A stretch of 54,760 nucleotides of DNA from NCBI GenBank assembly GCA_947574235.1, contig CANPIU010000005.1, forward strand, positions 1 through 54,760, given 5' to 3'. This DNA is from an uncultured Clostridium sp. (lineage in GTDB: Bacteria > Bacillota > Clostridia > TANB77 > CAG-508). The notes beneath the pieces were generated by a model, which was not told where the DNA came from, did not search any database, and saw only the letters and a program-made list of their open reading frames with translations. The translations under genes and the position numbers were made by a program. Of this stretch, positions 22,070-32,847 are shown in pieces; within the stretch, counting starts at the first letter, position 1; each line of letters begins with the position of its first letter.

Positions 22070-22816
22070 ATGAAAGAAGCGAAGGAAGATTATAAAATAG
22101 TAGTGGATAATGTATATAAAACGTTTAACGTATATTTGGACAAGGCTAATACCATGAAAGAAAAATTACTGTTTCTTTTTTCTAGAAATCGAAAAGAAAA
22201 AAGAGAAGTATTAAAGGGAATTAATCTTAATATCAAAGAAGGAGAAGTTGTAGCTTTAATTGGAACCAATGGAAGCGGAAAATCTACTTTATTAAAGCTA
22301 TTAACGAAAATTATATATCCGAACAAGGGAAAGATTGAAACAGAAGGGAAATTAACTTCTTTGCTAGAACTAGGAGCAGGCTTTCATCCAGACTTTTCTG
22401 GAAGAGAAAACATTTACTTTAATGCTTCTATTTTCGGGTTAACCAAAAAAGAAATTGATGAGAGATTAGAAGATATTATAGAATTTTCAGAATTAAGAGA
22501 TTTTATCGATAATCCTGTTAGAACTTATTCTTCTGGTATGTATATGAGACTAGCTTTTTCCGTTGCCATTAATGTAGATGCTGATATTTTATTAATTGAC
22601 GAAATCTTATCTGTAGGAGATGAACATTTCCAAAATAAATGTTTTGAGAAAATGCTAGAACTAAAAAAACAAGGAAAAACAATGGTATTTGTTACCCACA
22701 ATATGAATTCTGTAAAGAATTTGTGTGATAGAGCAATTTGGCTTTACCAAGGAAAAATAAAAATGGATGGAAATACAAACGAAGTAGTAGACGAATATAT
22801 TAAAGCAACTAGTTAG
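22070..22816 (+). CDS. wzt: Polysaccharide ABC exporter ATP-binding subunit (Wzt/TagH-like)
   Basis: GTNGSGKST Walker A, LELGAGFHP, YSSGMYMRLAFS, LLIDE; AAGGAG SD before ATG 22070; no C-terminal carbohydrate-binding extension. Confidence 0.88.
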   Translation: MKEAKEDYKIVVDNVYKTFNVYLDKANTMKEKLLFLFSRNRKEKREVLKGINLNIKEGEVVALIGTNGSGKSTLLKLLTKIIYPNKGKIETEGKLTSLLELGAGFHPDFSGRENIYFNASIFGLTKKEIDERLEDIIEFSELRDFIDNPVRTYSSGMYMRLAFSVAINVDADILLIDEILSVGDEHFQNKCFEKMLELKKQGKTMVFVTHNMNSVKNLCDRAIWLYQGKIKMDGNTNEVVDEYIKATS

Positions 22817-22830
22817 AAAGGATTGTAGTA

Positions 22831-25149
22831 ATGAAAGTAAATTATAATTTATTTCCAGGACGAGAAAGAAAAGAAAATCATAACTTTGAAGAAAAAGAAC
22901 CAATTGTTTCTATTATAACACCTTATTACAATACCAACAAATATATTGATACAACGGTAAATAGTGTGTTAAACCAAACGTTTCCTTATTTTGAGTGGAT
23001 TATAGTAGATGATGGTTCTACGAAACAAGAAGATATTGATAAATTAGAAACAATAAAAGAATTCGATAAAAGAATCAAAGTATATCACAAGAAAAATGAA
23101 GGACCGGCAGCAGCTAGAGACTTCGGGGCAGAGAAAATAAGCGAGTCAAGCAAATATATCCTTTTTTTAGACTCGGATGATTTAATCAATGAAACCTACA
23201 TAGAGTGTGCTTATTGGACACTAGAAACCAACAAAGAAGCGGCTTGGACCTATACAGACACCATTAATTTTGGTGGGCAAAACTTTACTTGGACGAAATG
23301 GTATAATCCGAATAAAGAAATAGAAGAAAACCTTTTGGTTATGACAGCGATGATACGAAAAGAGGCATTTTTCGAAGTAAATGGCTTTGAAATACGTGAA
23401 AAAAATGTATACGAAGATTGGTGCCTTTGGCTAAAAATGATAAAACTAGGGATGTATCCTGTTAGGATGAATTTCTATGGTTTTTGGTATCGTAAAAAAG
23501 CCAAAGAAGAAAGTGAATTACAACAATCCAATGAAGATAACAAAGAAAAAGCAATGGCTTATGTCAAAAAAATAACGGAAGGGATGAGTACCGATTATAA
23601 AAAAGGAATTAATTACGAAATAAAACGAGGTATTCAATATCCAAAAGAAGATTATAATTGGGAATATATTAAAGACGAAAATGAAGCGATTGTTGTACCT
23701 AAAAAAATAAAAAAGGAAAAAACTAGTATTTTATTAATTATTCCATGGATGACAATGGGAGGAGCCGATAAATTTAATTTAGATATTATTAAGAGAAGTA
23801 ACAAAGAAAAATATGAATTTACCATTATTTCAACAGAACCAAATCCAAATGATTGGCGACAAGAATTTGAAGAACAGGCAACGGTCTATGATTTAACTAC
23901 ATTTTTAGACAGGAAGCATTGGATAAGTTTTATCAACTATATCATAGAAAAAAATCAAATTGATATCATTTTCAATACCAATAGTACCTTTGGTTATAGT
24001 GCTCTGCCATACTTAAAAGTAAAACACCCACAAATTCCTATTATGGACTATGTGCATATGGAAGAGTGGTATAATCGTAATGGTGGATTTTCAAGAGACT
24101 CTAGTAGAATTGCCTCTGTCATTGACAAAACTTATGTATGTAATAACAACAGTGAAAAAATATTAGTAGACTATTTTAAAAGAGACCCAAAAGAAGTAGG
24201 AACCATCTATATTGGGGTAGATGAACAAATCTATAATTCAGCGTTATTTAATAAGGAAGAAATTTTAAAGGAACTAAAAATTGATACCAATGGAAAATAT
24301 GTTATTAGTTATATTTGTCGAATGGCAGAACAAAAAAGACCATTTTTATTGTTAAGAATTATTAAAGAATTAAAAAAACAAAGGCAAGATTGTTTATTTG
24401 TAGTTGCAGGAGATGGTCCATTACTAGAAAAAATGCAAAAAGAAGCTAAAAGATTTAATATACAGGACAGTGTCATATTTTTAGGAAATGTTAAGGAAAC
24501 GGAAAAAATCTATGCTATCAGTGATATGACAATCAATTGTTCCATTAAAGAAGGACTAGCCTTAACTGCTTATGAGTCACTTGCGATGGGTGTACCAGTG
24601 GTATCTTGTGATGTAGGAGGACAAAAAGAACTAATTAACGAAGAAGTAGGTGTGATTGTTCCTTGTTTGCAAGAGGAAGAAGATATTTTTGATTGCAATT
24701 ACAAAGACGAAGAAATTATCCCATATGTAGAAGGGATTAACAAAATTTTGAAGCATTTAGAAACCTATAAAAAGAAAGCAAGGCCAAGAGTTTTAAATGG
24801 ATTTACCATTGATAATATGGTAGAAAATATGGATAAAGTATTGAGTGAAATAGTAAGTCATCCAAATCCACAAAAAATCGAAGATGCTAAAAATATGAAA
24901 AACAATATAGACTTAACCAAAGAGTTTATCACAAGATACTTTATCGGAGCACAAGTAGAATATGAGTGGCTTGCTAGAAATTTCAATATGGAAAATGTAG
25001 ATATCGACTGGAAGTTAGAGAAAAAAGAAAATAAAATGTTGTATTATGAAAATACGTTAGCCTATAAAATAAAACACCCATTTTATGTGTTACTTACGAA
25101 AATGCATGTATATGAACCGATAAAAAGAATACTAAAAAGAGGAGAATAA
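22831..25149 (+). CDS. Bifunctional GT2-GT4 glycosyltransferase (candidate polymerase)
   Basis: N-terminal SIITPYYN/DDGST/FLDSDD/YEDW; C-terminal GGAD, EQKRP, EGLALTAYE. Confidence 0.85.
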   Translation: MKVNYNLFPGRERKENHNFEEKEPIVSIITPYYNTNKYIDTTVNSVLNQTFPYFEWIIVDDGSTKQEDIDKLETIKEFDKRIKVYHKKNEGPAAARDFGAEKISESSKYILFLDSDDLINETYIECAYWTLETNKEAAWTYTDTINFGGQNFTWTKWYNPNKEIEENLLVMTAMIRKEAFFEVNGFEIREKNVYEDWCLWLKMIKLGMYPVRMNFYGFWYRKKAKEESELQQSNEDNKEKAMAYVKKITEGMSTDYKKGINYEIKRGIQYPKEDYNWEYIKDENEAIVVPKKIKKEKTSILLIIPWMTMGGADKFNLDIIKRSNKEKYEFTIISTEPNPNDWRQEFEEQATVYDLTTFLDRKHWISFINYIIEKNQIDIIFNTNSTFGYSALPYLKVKHPQIPIMDYVHMEEWYNRNGGFSRDSSRIASVIDKTYVCNNNSEKILVDYFKRDPKEVGTIYIGVDEQIYNSALFNKEEILKELKIDTNGKYVISYICRMAEQKRPFLLLRIIKELKKQRQDCLFVVAGDGPLLEKMQKEAKRFNIQDSVIFLGNVKETEKIYAISDMTINCSIKEGLALTAYESLAMGVPVVSCDVGGQKELINEEVGVIVPCLQEEEDIFDCNYKDEEIIPYVEGINKILKHLETYKKKARPRVLNGFTIDNMVENMDKVLSEIVSHPNPQKIEDAKNMKNNIDLTKEFITRYFIGAQVEYEWLARNFNMENVDIDWKLEKKENKMLYYENTLAYKIKHPFYVLLTKMHVYEPIKRILKRGE

Positions 25150-25152
25150 CCA

Positions 25153-25930
25153 ATGTTTAAAGTTTTTAAGAACTTATACAATTATAGAGAATTATTAAAA
25201 ACAAATGTCAAAAAAGAAATCAGAGGAAAATATAAGAATTCATTTTTAGGGGTATTATGGTCTTTCTTAAATCCCTTACTACAAATTGCAGTTTATGCTA
25301 TTGTATTTCCTTTGATTTTAAGAAATACACAAGAAAACTATGTTATCTTTTTGTGTTGTGGCTTAATTCCTTGGACTTTTTTTACCACAGCAATTTCTAG
25401 GTCATCTTTTACGATGATAGAAAATGGGAATATTCTAAAAAAAGTTTATTTTCCAAGAGAAATATTACCGATTTCCGTAGTAACAAGTGAAGCAGTAAAT
25501 TTCTTGATTTCAACGATTATTATACTTGCTTTTGTGCTATTTAGTGGCTTAGGTATTACCAAATATATATTGTTATACCCAATTGTATTTTTAGCACAAT
25601 ACCTATTGTTACTTGCGATATCTTTTATTGTATCTAGTATATGTGTTTATATAAGAGACTTGCAACATTTCATAGGGATTTTTCTACAATTACTATTTTA
25701 TGCAACACCAATTGTGTATGCAGCAGATACCATACCAGAAGGATTTGCTTGGATTTTACAGGTAAATCCAATGACTTATATTATCAACCGGTTATCGTGA
25801 CATATTTTACAATCAAACGATGCCAGATATAGGAGGGTTATTGATTTTAATTGCTTCTATGTTACTTGCCATTGTAGTAGGATACTTAATATTTAATAAA
25901 TTACAGAAAGGTTTTGCAGAAGAATTATAA
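25153..25930 (+). CDS. wzm: Polysaccharide ABC exporter permease (Wzm/TagG-like); +1 frameshift at CGG 25789-25791
   Basis: KYKNSFLGVLWSFLNP, KKVYFPRE, FYATPIVY, NPMTYIIN then +1 frame GYRDIFY...last TM...KGFAEEL* (TAA 25928-25930); joined 258 aa. Confidence 0.85.
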
Positions 25931-25941
25931 GGAGGAAAAGG

Positions 25942-27072
25942 ATGATTCCGTTTACGAAGGTGTCAATAACAGACATAGAAAAAAACAATATAATGGAAGC
26001 TTTAGAAAATAATAATAAGATATGTGGGGATGGAAGTTTTACTAAAAAATGTAATGAGTGGTTTAAAGAAAATTGCCATATTAGTAATTTTTTATTAACG
26101 ATTTCAGGAACACATGCACTAGAATTAGCCGCACTTCTTGCAGAATTAAAAGAAGGAGACGAGGTAATTTTACCATCCTATACATTTGTATCAACAGCAG
26201 ATGCTATTTTATTAAGAGGAGCAAAACCTGTATTTGTTGATATTGATAAAAGGACATTTAACATAGATGCCAACTTAATAGAAGAAAAAATAACCAATAA
26301 GACTAAAGCAATATTTCCCGTACATTATGCAGGAGTATCTTGTGATATGGATAAAATTATGGAAATTGCTAAAAAACATAATTTACTTGTTGTAGAAGAT
26401 GCAGCACAAGGAGTACTTGCGTATTATAAAGATAAACCATTAGGAACAATAGGCGATTATGGATGCTTTAGTTTTCATGAAACAAAAAATTATGTTATGG
26501 GTGAAGGTGGAGCAATTATCGTAAAAGACAAGAAAAAATTTGAAGAAGCAGAAATTATAAGAGAAAAAGGAACCAATAGAAGTCAATTTATTCGAGGAGA
26601 TGTAGACAAATATACCTGGCATAAAGTAGGCTCTTCCTATTTACCATCTGATATTTTAGCAGCACTTTTATATGGTCAATTAACAAGAGCAGATGAAATT
26701 ATGGAAAAAAGAATGAGAATATGGAATTATTATCATGAGAATTTAGAGGATTTAGAAAAACAGGGGAAATTAATAAGACCATTTATTCCTTCCTATGCTA
26801 AACATAATGCTCATATGTATTATATCGTACTTCCAACAGAAAAAATAAGAAATGAATTAATGGACAAGTTAAAACAAAATAAAATAGCAGCAACGTTCCA
26901 TTATATTCCACTACACACATCGCCAATGGGAATAACCTTAGGTTGTAAAGAAGGGGATTTACCAGTAACCGAAGAATATGCAGGAAGATTACTAAGATTA
27001 CCTTTATATGCAGATATGACAAAAGAAGAAAACGAAGAAGTTGTTAACAAAATTAAAGAAATATTAGAGTAA
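25942..27072 (+). CDS. rffA: dTDP-4-amino-4,6-dideoxygalactose transaminase (WecE/RffA-like)
   Basis: ICGDGSFT, PSYTFVST, EDAAQG, SFHETKN, GEGG, EKGTNR, VDKYTW, GSSYLPS. Confidence 0.88.
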   Translation: MIPFTKVSITDIEKNNIMEALENNNKICGDGSFTKKCNEWFKENCHISNFLLTISGTHALELAALLAELKEGDEVILPSYTFVSTADAILLRGAKPVFVDIDKRTFNIDANLIEEKITNKTKAIFPVHYAGVSCDMDKIMEIAKKHNLLVVEDAAQGVLAYYKDKPLGTIGDYGCFSFHETKNYVMGEGGAIIVKDKKKFEEAEIIREKGTNRSQFIRGDVDKYTWHKVGSSYLPSDILAALLYGQLTRADEIMEKRMRIWNYYHENLEDLEKQGKLIRPFIPSYAKHNAHMYYIVLPTEKIRNELMDKLKQNKIAATFHYIPLHTSPMGITLGCKEGDLPVTEEYAGRLLRLPLYADMTKEENEEVVNKIKEILE

Positions 27073-27094
27073 AAGAAAAAGTGAGGAAGAAGTA

Positions 27095-27613
27095 GTGGCT
27101 AAAATTACATTAAGAGAGATTAAAATAGAAGATACAGAAAATATAGTAAAATGGAAGAATAATAAAAATGTAAAAAAGAATTTTTGTATCCAAGAGGATT
27201 TGACAGCTGAAATTCACAACAAGTGGTTTAAGGATAAAGTTTTAACGGGACAAGTAAAGCAATTTATTATTCAAGATGACGAACTAGGTATGGAAGTTGG
27301 TTCTACCTATTTAAGAGATATTGACAAAAAAAATAAAAAGGCTGAATTTGGCATTTTTATTGGAGAAGATTTAGCACGTGGAAGAGGAATTGGCTCTAAA
27401 AGTGTGGAATTAACAGTAAAATATGCTTTTGAAGAATTAAAATTGCACAAAGTATTTTTAAGAGTTTTTTCTGGGAATATACCAGCTATTAAATCTTATG
27501 AAAAAGCAGGCTTTCAATATGAAGGAACAGCCAAAGATGATATCTTACTTCCCAATGGTGAATATCAAGATGTGATATTTATGGCAATTATCAATAAAGG
27601 GGAGGAAAGGTAA
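27095..27613 (+). CDS. GNAT N-acetyltransferase (RimJ/PseH-like), probable nucleotide-aminosugar acetylase
   Basis: AEFGIFIGE, RGRGIG, N..AIKSYEKAGF; directly after aminotransferase; GTG start. Confidence 0.75.
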   Translation: MAKITLREIKIEDTENIVKWKNNKNVKKNFCIQEDLTAEIHNKWFKDKVLTGQVKQFIIQDDELGMEVGSTYLRDIDKKNKKAEFGIFIGEDLARGRGIGSKSVELTVKYAFEELKLHKVFLRVFSGNIPAIKSYEKAGFQYEGTAKDDILLPNGEYQDVIFMAIINKGEER

Positions 27614-27614
27614 G

Positions 27615-28559
27615 ATGAAAAAAATATCTTTTATTATTCCGTGTTATAATTCAGAATTATTTATAGAAAATACAATAGGTGAATTGCAAGAGGCTATTCA
27701 TCAAGACTTTTCTGATTATGAAACAGAAATCATACTAATTAATGATTCTTCAAAAGATAATACAGAAGCAAAAATAGAAGAACTTGCACAAAAGAATATA
27801 AATATAATAGCAATCGACATGGCTAAAAATTTTGGTCAACATGGTGCGATTTTTGCTGGGCTAAGTCAAGCAAAAGGGGATATTATAGTTTGTTTAGACG
27901 ATGATGGGCAAACACCTCCTAAGGAAGCTAAGAAATTAGTAGAGGCATTAGATGAGGAAACAGACGTTGTATATGCTAAATATAAGAATAAAAAGCATAG
28001 TGGCTTTCGAAATTTTGGTAGTAAAGTAAATGATTATATGGCTCACTCTTTAATCAATAAACCAAATGACTTGTTTATTTCTAGCTATTTTGCTATGAAG
28101 AAATATATTAAAGATGAAATCTTAAGATATACCAACCCATATCCTTATTTAGAAGGGCTAGTATTACGAACGACCAATAAAATAAAAAATGTAGAGGTAA
28201 ATCATAGAGAAAGAAAAATAGGAAAATCGAATTATACGTTTAGAAAATTATTACATTTATGGGTAAATGGTTTTACTAGTTTTTCAGGAAAACCGTTAAG
28301 ATTAGCCATTGTTTTTGCCTTTATCTTTACCGTAAGTGCAATTCTTATCACACTAGCTATTGTTATTAACAAAATAAAAAATCCATCGGTTCCCTTAGGA
28401 TGGTCTTCTACCATGGTTGTCATATTAGTGGTAGGAGCAGCATTGTCTTTTATCTTAGGTTTAATAGGGGAATATATTAGTAGAATTTATATTTCTATTA
28501 ATAATAGTCCTCAATATGTAATAAGAAAGGTAACGAAAAAGGATGAAACAGAAAATTAA
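27615..28559 (+). CDS. Polyprenyl-phosphate glycosyltransferase (GtrB/ArnC-like GT2)
   Basis: KNFGQH, LDDDGQTPP, two C-terminal TM helices, GEYISRIY. Confidence 0.85.
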   Translation: MKKISFIIPCYNSELFIENTIGELQEAIHQDFSDYETEIILINDSSKDNTEAKIEELAQKNINIIAIDMAKNFGQHGAIFAGLSQAKGDIIVCLDDDGQTPPKEAKKLVEALDEETDVVYAKYKNKKHSGFRNFGSKVNDYMAHSLINKPNDLFISSYFAMKKYIKDEILRYTNPYPYLEGLVLRTTNKIKNVEVNHRERKIGKSNYTFRKLLHLWVNGFTSFSGKPLRLAIVFAFIFTVSAILITLAIVINKIKNPSVPLGWSSTMVVILVVGAALSFILGLIGEYISRIYISINNSPQYVIRKVTKKDETEN

Positions 28560-28896
28560 AACAATGGTATTATTAGAAACTGTATTTCTAATCTATTCTA
28601 TCAGTTCTTTGTTTTCTAAAATGGCGACACAAAATGACCCGACCATACAAAAAATTATCCTATTTTATGGACTGGCTTTGTGTATGTTAGGAATTTATGC
28701 GATTATATGGCAACAACTATTAAAGAAAATGCCACTTTCCGTAGCTTATGCTAACAAGGGAACCGTCGTTATTTGGGGGATGATATGGGGAGCCATTATT
28801 TTCAAAGAAGAAATTACAATAAAAATGTTAATTGGGTCAGCCATTATCATAGTAGGAATTGTAATTATTATGTTAGGAGAAAAGAACCATGATTAA
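28543..28896 (+). CDS. Small 4-TM EamA/SMR-like protein (ArnE/F-like flippase subunit)
   Basis: 117 aa hydrophobic, PLSVAY, IFKEEIT. Confidence 0.7.
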   Translation: MKQKIKTMVLLETVFLIYSISSLFSKMATQNDPTIQKIILFYGLALCMLGIYAIIWQQLLKKMPLSVAYANKGTVVIWGMIWGAIIFKEEITIKMLIGSAIIIVGIVIIMLGEKNHD

Positions 28897-29224
28897 ATAT
28901 ACAGCAGTATTTATCTTTTCTGTTTGTGTTGCTTCGATGAGTCAAATTTTATTGAAAAAGAGTGCTAATATCGAAAGAAAAAATAAAATAGCAGAATATA
29001 TGAATAAAGAAGTGATTTTATCGTATGGACTATTATTTATTTCAACATTACTAACCCTGTATGCTTATAAGGAAGTAAAATTATCAATGGGGTTAGTATT
29101 AGAAACCATAAGTTATATCTTAATTCCTGTTTTGAGTTATTTTATTTTGAAGGAAAAGATACAAAAGAAACAGATTTATGGAATTGTGCTAATAATAATA
29201 GGAATTGTTATTTATTCGATTTAA
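28889..29224 (+). CDS. Small 4-TM EamA/SMR-like protein (ArnE/F-like flippase subunit)
   Basis: 111 aa hydrophobic, SQILLKKSA, ILKEKI; overlaps the preceding paralog-like gene. Confidence 0.7.
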   Translation: MIKYTAVFIFSVCVASMSQILLKKSANIERKNKIAEYMNKEVILSYGLLFISTLLTLYAYKEVKLSMGLVLETISYILIPVLSYFILKEKIQKKQIYGIVLIIIGIVIYSI

Positions 29225-29239
29225 TAAGGAGAAGAAGAA

Positions 29240-30961
29240 ATGAGAAGAATAGGACAATATCTAAAAGAAAACAAATTGTATATCGCCGTTATGCTAATTG
29301 GTTCACTTGCTTTTATTTGGCAAATGAAACAGGTTGTTTTATATGCCGATGATTATTCCTTAGGAATTATAAGCAAAGGTGGACTAAAAGAGATTTTTGA
29401 GCATTTTGGACATAGTTATAGGAATTGGGGAGGAGGATTAACCCCACTAAATGCAACTTTGTTTCTATTATTTGACCTTAAGGTATGGAAAGTATTTCAA
29501 TGTGCCATTGTTATTTTAATAGTAGTATTGGTTACCAAAATGATTACACAGGAAAGTAAAAAGAATAAAGCTTTTGTAGCAAGCATTATTTGGCTATGTT
29601 TATTTATGCTAAATATATGGGTGTCAAGAGAAGTATTATATTGGTTGGATGGAGCCTTAGCTTATCAACTTACAGCGTTTGAAGTTTTATTATATTTTTA
29701 TTATTTGTATACAAGAATACATTTAAAAATTAGTAAAAAATATGATAAGATAGTATTACCAGTGATAGCTTTTTTGGCTGGTTGGACTTCTCCACAAGTT
29801 GGATTGATTGCGATTTTATTACCAATGATATTGATTGTTTGGGAAAAGTTTATTAAGAAAGAAAAAGTATCTAAATTTTATTATGTAACAACTATCATCG
29901 GTATTCTTGGATTTGCTATTTTGTATTTTGCACCAGGTAATATGGCGAGAATGAATATTCAGTCAGCAGAATTTGCAAGTTATAGCCTACTAGAAAAGGT
30001 AATGTTTAGAGTAGAAGAGGTGTATGGTTTAATCTTTGACTATGAAACCTATCATTTTACAGGAATACCATTTTATCTATTATTGACATTAGGACTAAAT
30101 GCAATGGTAGGATTTTCTTTATTCAATCAAGAGAAAAATAGAAAAATAAAGATACTAACTTATGTCATGTCTGGGATACAAATAGCTTTTTTATTTGTTT
30201 ACTTAGCGATTGTGTTAAAAGTACCATATGCAGAAGTTTTAGCAGGTTATACCATAAAATTTCAAAATTTATTGAAAGTAAAACAAGAAGGGGGACTGAC
30301 CTTAGAAATGTTAGTTCCATATGCTATAACAACAATAGTAATGCTTTCAAGTGTCATAGAAGCATTGTTAATTTCATTAAAGACCAAAAATCCGATATTA
30401 GTAACTACTTTAGTTTCAGGTTTGATTGTACAAGGCTTAATGGTTATGGCACCATCTAGCCCATTTAGAACAACTTATTTTTCTATCCTATTTTTATGGG
30501 TAGCGATTGCTTATTTGTTACACTTATCAGCACAAAAAGAAATAAAGGTTGGCATGATATTAGTACTCTTAATTACTATGTATGATTTTAATTTTGGGAT
30601 AGTAGCATTATTAGCTTATTTTACAGCCAAAACGTTTTTCAATAACAAACAAGAAATCAATACCAAACATGAAGTTTCAATTATGCTGATGGTAATACTG
30701 GTTATGGCAAGTTTAAATTACAAAGAAATGATTGAAAATTACAAAATTAATAAAGAAATATATTACCAAAATATAGCCAGAATTGAAGAATATAAAATAA
30801 AGCAAGAAAAAGGTATGGCAGAAAAAGAACTCTATCTATTGTTACCAAAACAAGAGGTATATGGATTTACCCCTATGGTAGGGATAGAGTGGATAGAAGA
30901 TGCACTAAAGGAATATTTTGAACTAGGAGATATTATTTTAAAAGCAGAAAATGTAGAATAA
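29240..30961 (+). CDS. Polytopic membrane protein, probable GT-C glycosyltransferase
   Basis: ADDY after first TM, W.DG..AY, FAPGN..R motifs; follows GtrB-like and flippase genes. Confidence 0.55.
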   Translation: MRRIGQYLKENKLYIAVMLIGSLAFIWQMKQVVLYADDYSLGIISKGGLKEIFEHFGHSYRNWGGGLTPLNATLFLLFDLKVWKVFQCAIVILIVVLVTKMITQESKKNKAFVASIIWLCLFMLNIWVSREVLYWLDGALAYQLTAFEVLLYFYYLYTRIHLKISKKYDKIVLPVIAFLAGWTSPQVGLIAILLPMILIVWEKFIKKEKVSKFYYVTTIIGILGFAILYFAPGNMARMNIQSAEFASYSLLEKVMFRVEEVYGLIFDYETYHFTGIPFYLLLTLGLNAMVGFSLFNQEKNRKIKILTYVMSGIQIAFLFVYLAIVLKVPYAEVLAGYTIKFQNLLKVKQEGGLTLEMLVPYAITTIVMLSSVIEALLISLKTKNPILVTTLVSGLIVQGLMVMAPSSPFRTTYFSILFLWVAIAYLLHLSAQKEIKVGMILVLLITMYDFNFGIVALLAYFTAKTFFNNKQEINTKHEVSIMLMVILVMASLNYKEMIENYKINKEIYYQNIARIEEYKIKQEKGMAEKELYLLLPKQEVYGFTPMVGIEWIEDALKEYFELGDIILKAENVE

Positions 30962-30981
30962 AAGGAAAGAGAGAAAGAAGT

Positions 30982-31851
30982 ATGAAAGGAATTATATTAG
31001 CAGGCGGAAAAGGAACGAGACTATATCCAATGACAATTAGTGTTTCCAAACAAATATTACCAATTTATGATAAACCAATGATTTATTATCCATTATCAGT
31101 ATTACTGATGAGTGGGATAAGAGAGATATTAATTATATCAACCCCAAGAGATATCAAGTTATATGAAGAATTACTAGGAGATGGCTCTAAAATAGGAATT
31201 CATATCGAATATAAAATACAAGAAGAAGCAACAGGAATAGGAGAAGCTTTTATTTTAGGAGAAGAATTTATTGGAGAGGATAATGTCTGTTTGGTGTTGG
31301 GAGATAATATCTTTTTTGGACAAGCCTTTCAAAATATATTAAATAAAGCAGTAGAACTTCAAGAAGGTGGTTATGTTTTTGCCTATCCAATTGACAACCC
31401 AACAGAATTTGGCGTTGTGGAATTTGATAAAGAGGGAAATGTATTATCTTTGGAAGAAAAACCAAAAGAACCAAAATCTAATTATGCAATTCCAGGTTTA
31501 TATTTTTATGACAATCAGGTAGTAGAAATGGCAAAACAACTAAAACCTTCTAATAGAGGTGAATTAGAAATAACCGATATTAATAGAGAATATTTAAGAA
31601 GGAAGCAATTAAAAGTATTACAGTTGGGAAGAGGGTTTGCTTGGCTTGACACAGGAACTCCTTCTGGGATGCTACAAGCGAGTAATTTTGTAGCGACAGT
31701 GCAAGAAAGACAAGGTTTTTACATATCTTGTATCGAAGAAATAGCATGGAGACAGGGATTTATAACAGATGAACAACTTGAAAAAATAGGAAATGATTTA
31801 AAAAAAGTTGATTATGGAAGATATTTACTAAATTTATTAAAGAGGAGATAG
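30982..31851 (+). CDS. rfbA: Glucose-1-phosphate thymidylyltransferase
   Basis: [47 protein letters not shown]. Confidence 0.95.
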   Translation: MKGIILAGGKGTRLYPMTISVSKQILPIYDKPMIYYPLSVLLMSGIREILIISTPRDIKLYEELLGDGSKIGIHIEYKIQEEATGIGEAFILGEEFIGEDNVCLVLGDNIFFGQAFQNILNKAVELQEGGYVFAYPIDNPTEFGVVEFDKEGNVLSLEEKPKEPKSNYAIPGLYFYDNQVVEMAKQLKPSNRGELEITDINREYLRRKQLKVLQLGRGFAWLDTGTPSGMLQASNFVATVQERQGFYISCIEEIAWRQGFITDEQLEKIGNDLKKVDYGRYLLNLLKRR

Positions 31852-31858
31852 AGAAAAA

Positions 31859-32824
31859 ATGAAAAATATAGTCGTTACAGGAGCAGCAGGATTTATCGGT
31901 GCTAATTTCGTAGAATATTTTGTCAATAAATATCCAGAATATAACATAATTGTAGTAGACAAATTAACTTATGCAGGAAATAGAGATAATTTAAGAAAGG
32001 TGCAAGACAAGATTACCTTTGTACAAGCAGATATTTGTGATTATGAGAAAGTGAAAGAAATTTTTGACGAGTATGACGTTAATGGAGTTATTCATTTTGC
32101 TGCAGAATCACATGTAGACAATAGTATTAAAAATCCATTTATTTTTACACAAACGAACGTAATAGGTACACATACTTTATTAGAAGTAGCAAAACAAAAA
32201 TGGGGCGAAGGAAGTGAAAATAAGTTTGTACATATTTCAACCGATGAGGTTTATGGCTCTTTAAAAGAAGATGGCTATTTTACGGAAAAATCGCCGATTA
32301 AACCAAGTAGTCCTTATTCATCTTCAAAAGCTAGTTCGGACTTGATTGCCTTAGCCTATAAAGAAACTTACAAAATGAATATAAATGTAACGAATTGTTC
32401 GAATAACTATGGACCCTACCAACATAATGAAAAATTAATCCCACATATGATTCAATTAGCCTTAAAAGACCAAAAGTTACCAGTGTATGGTAAAGGCCTA
32501 AATATTAGAGATTGGCTATATGTAGAAGACCATTGTGAAGCAATTGATTTAGTGTTTCATAAAGGAGTAGCAGGAGAAAGATATAATATAGGTGGTCATA
32601 ATGAAAAAAGGAATATCGATATTGTTAAATTAATTTTGCAAAGACTAGGGAAAACAGAAGATTTAATTGAATATGTGACAGATAGAAAAGGTCATGATTA
32701 TCGATATGCCATTGACCCAAGCAAAATAAAAAAGGAACTAGGCTGGTATCCAAAAACTAAATTCGAAGATGGAATTATTAAGACGATAGATTGGTATTTG
32801 GAAAATCCAGAGTGGTTAAATTAG
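31859..32824 (+). CDS. rfbB: dTDP-glucose 4,6-dehydratase
   Basis: TGAAGFIG, DKLTYAGN, HFAAESHVD, STDEVYG, YSSSK, NNYGPYQ. Confidence 0.95.
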   Translation: MKNIVVTGAAGFIGANFVEYFVNKYPEYNIIVVDKLTYAGNRDNLRKVQDKITFVQADICDYEKVKEIFDEYDVNGVIHFAAESHVDNSIKNPFIFTQTNVIGTHTLLEVAKQKWGEGSENKFVHISTDEVYGSLKEDGYFTEKSPIKPSSPYSSSKASSDLIALAYKETYKMNINVTNCSNNYGPYQHNEKLIPHMIQLALKDQKLPVYGKGLNIRDWLYVEDHCEAIDLVFHKGVAGERYNIGGHNEKRNIDIVKLILQRLGKTEDLIEYVTDRKGHDYRYAIDPSKIKKELGWYPKTKFEDGIIKTIDWYLENPEWLN

Positions 32825-32847
32825 AAGAAACATAGGAGAATTAAGAA

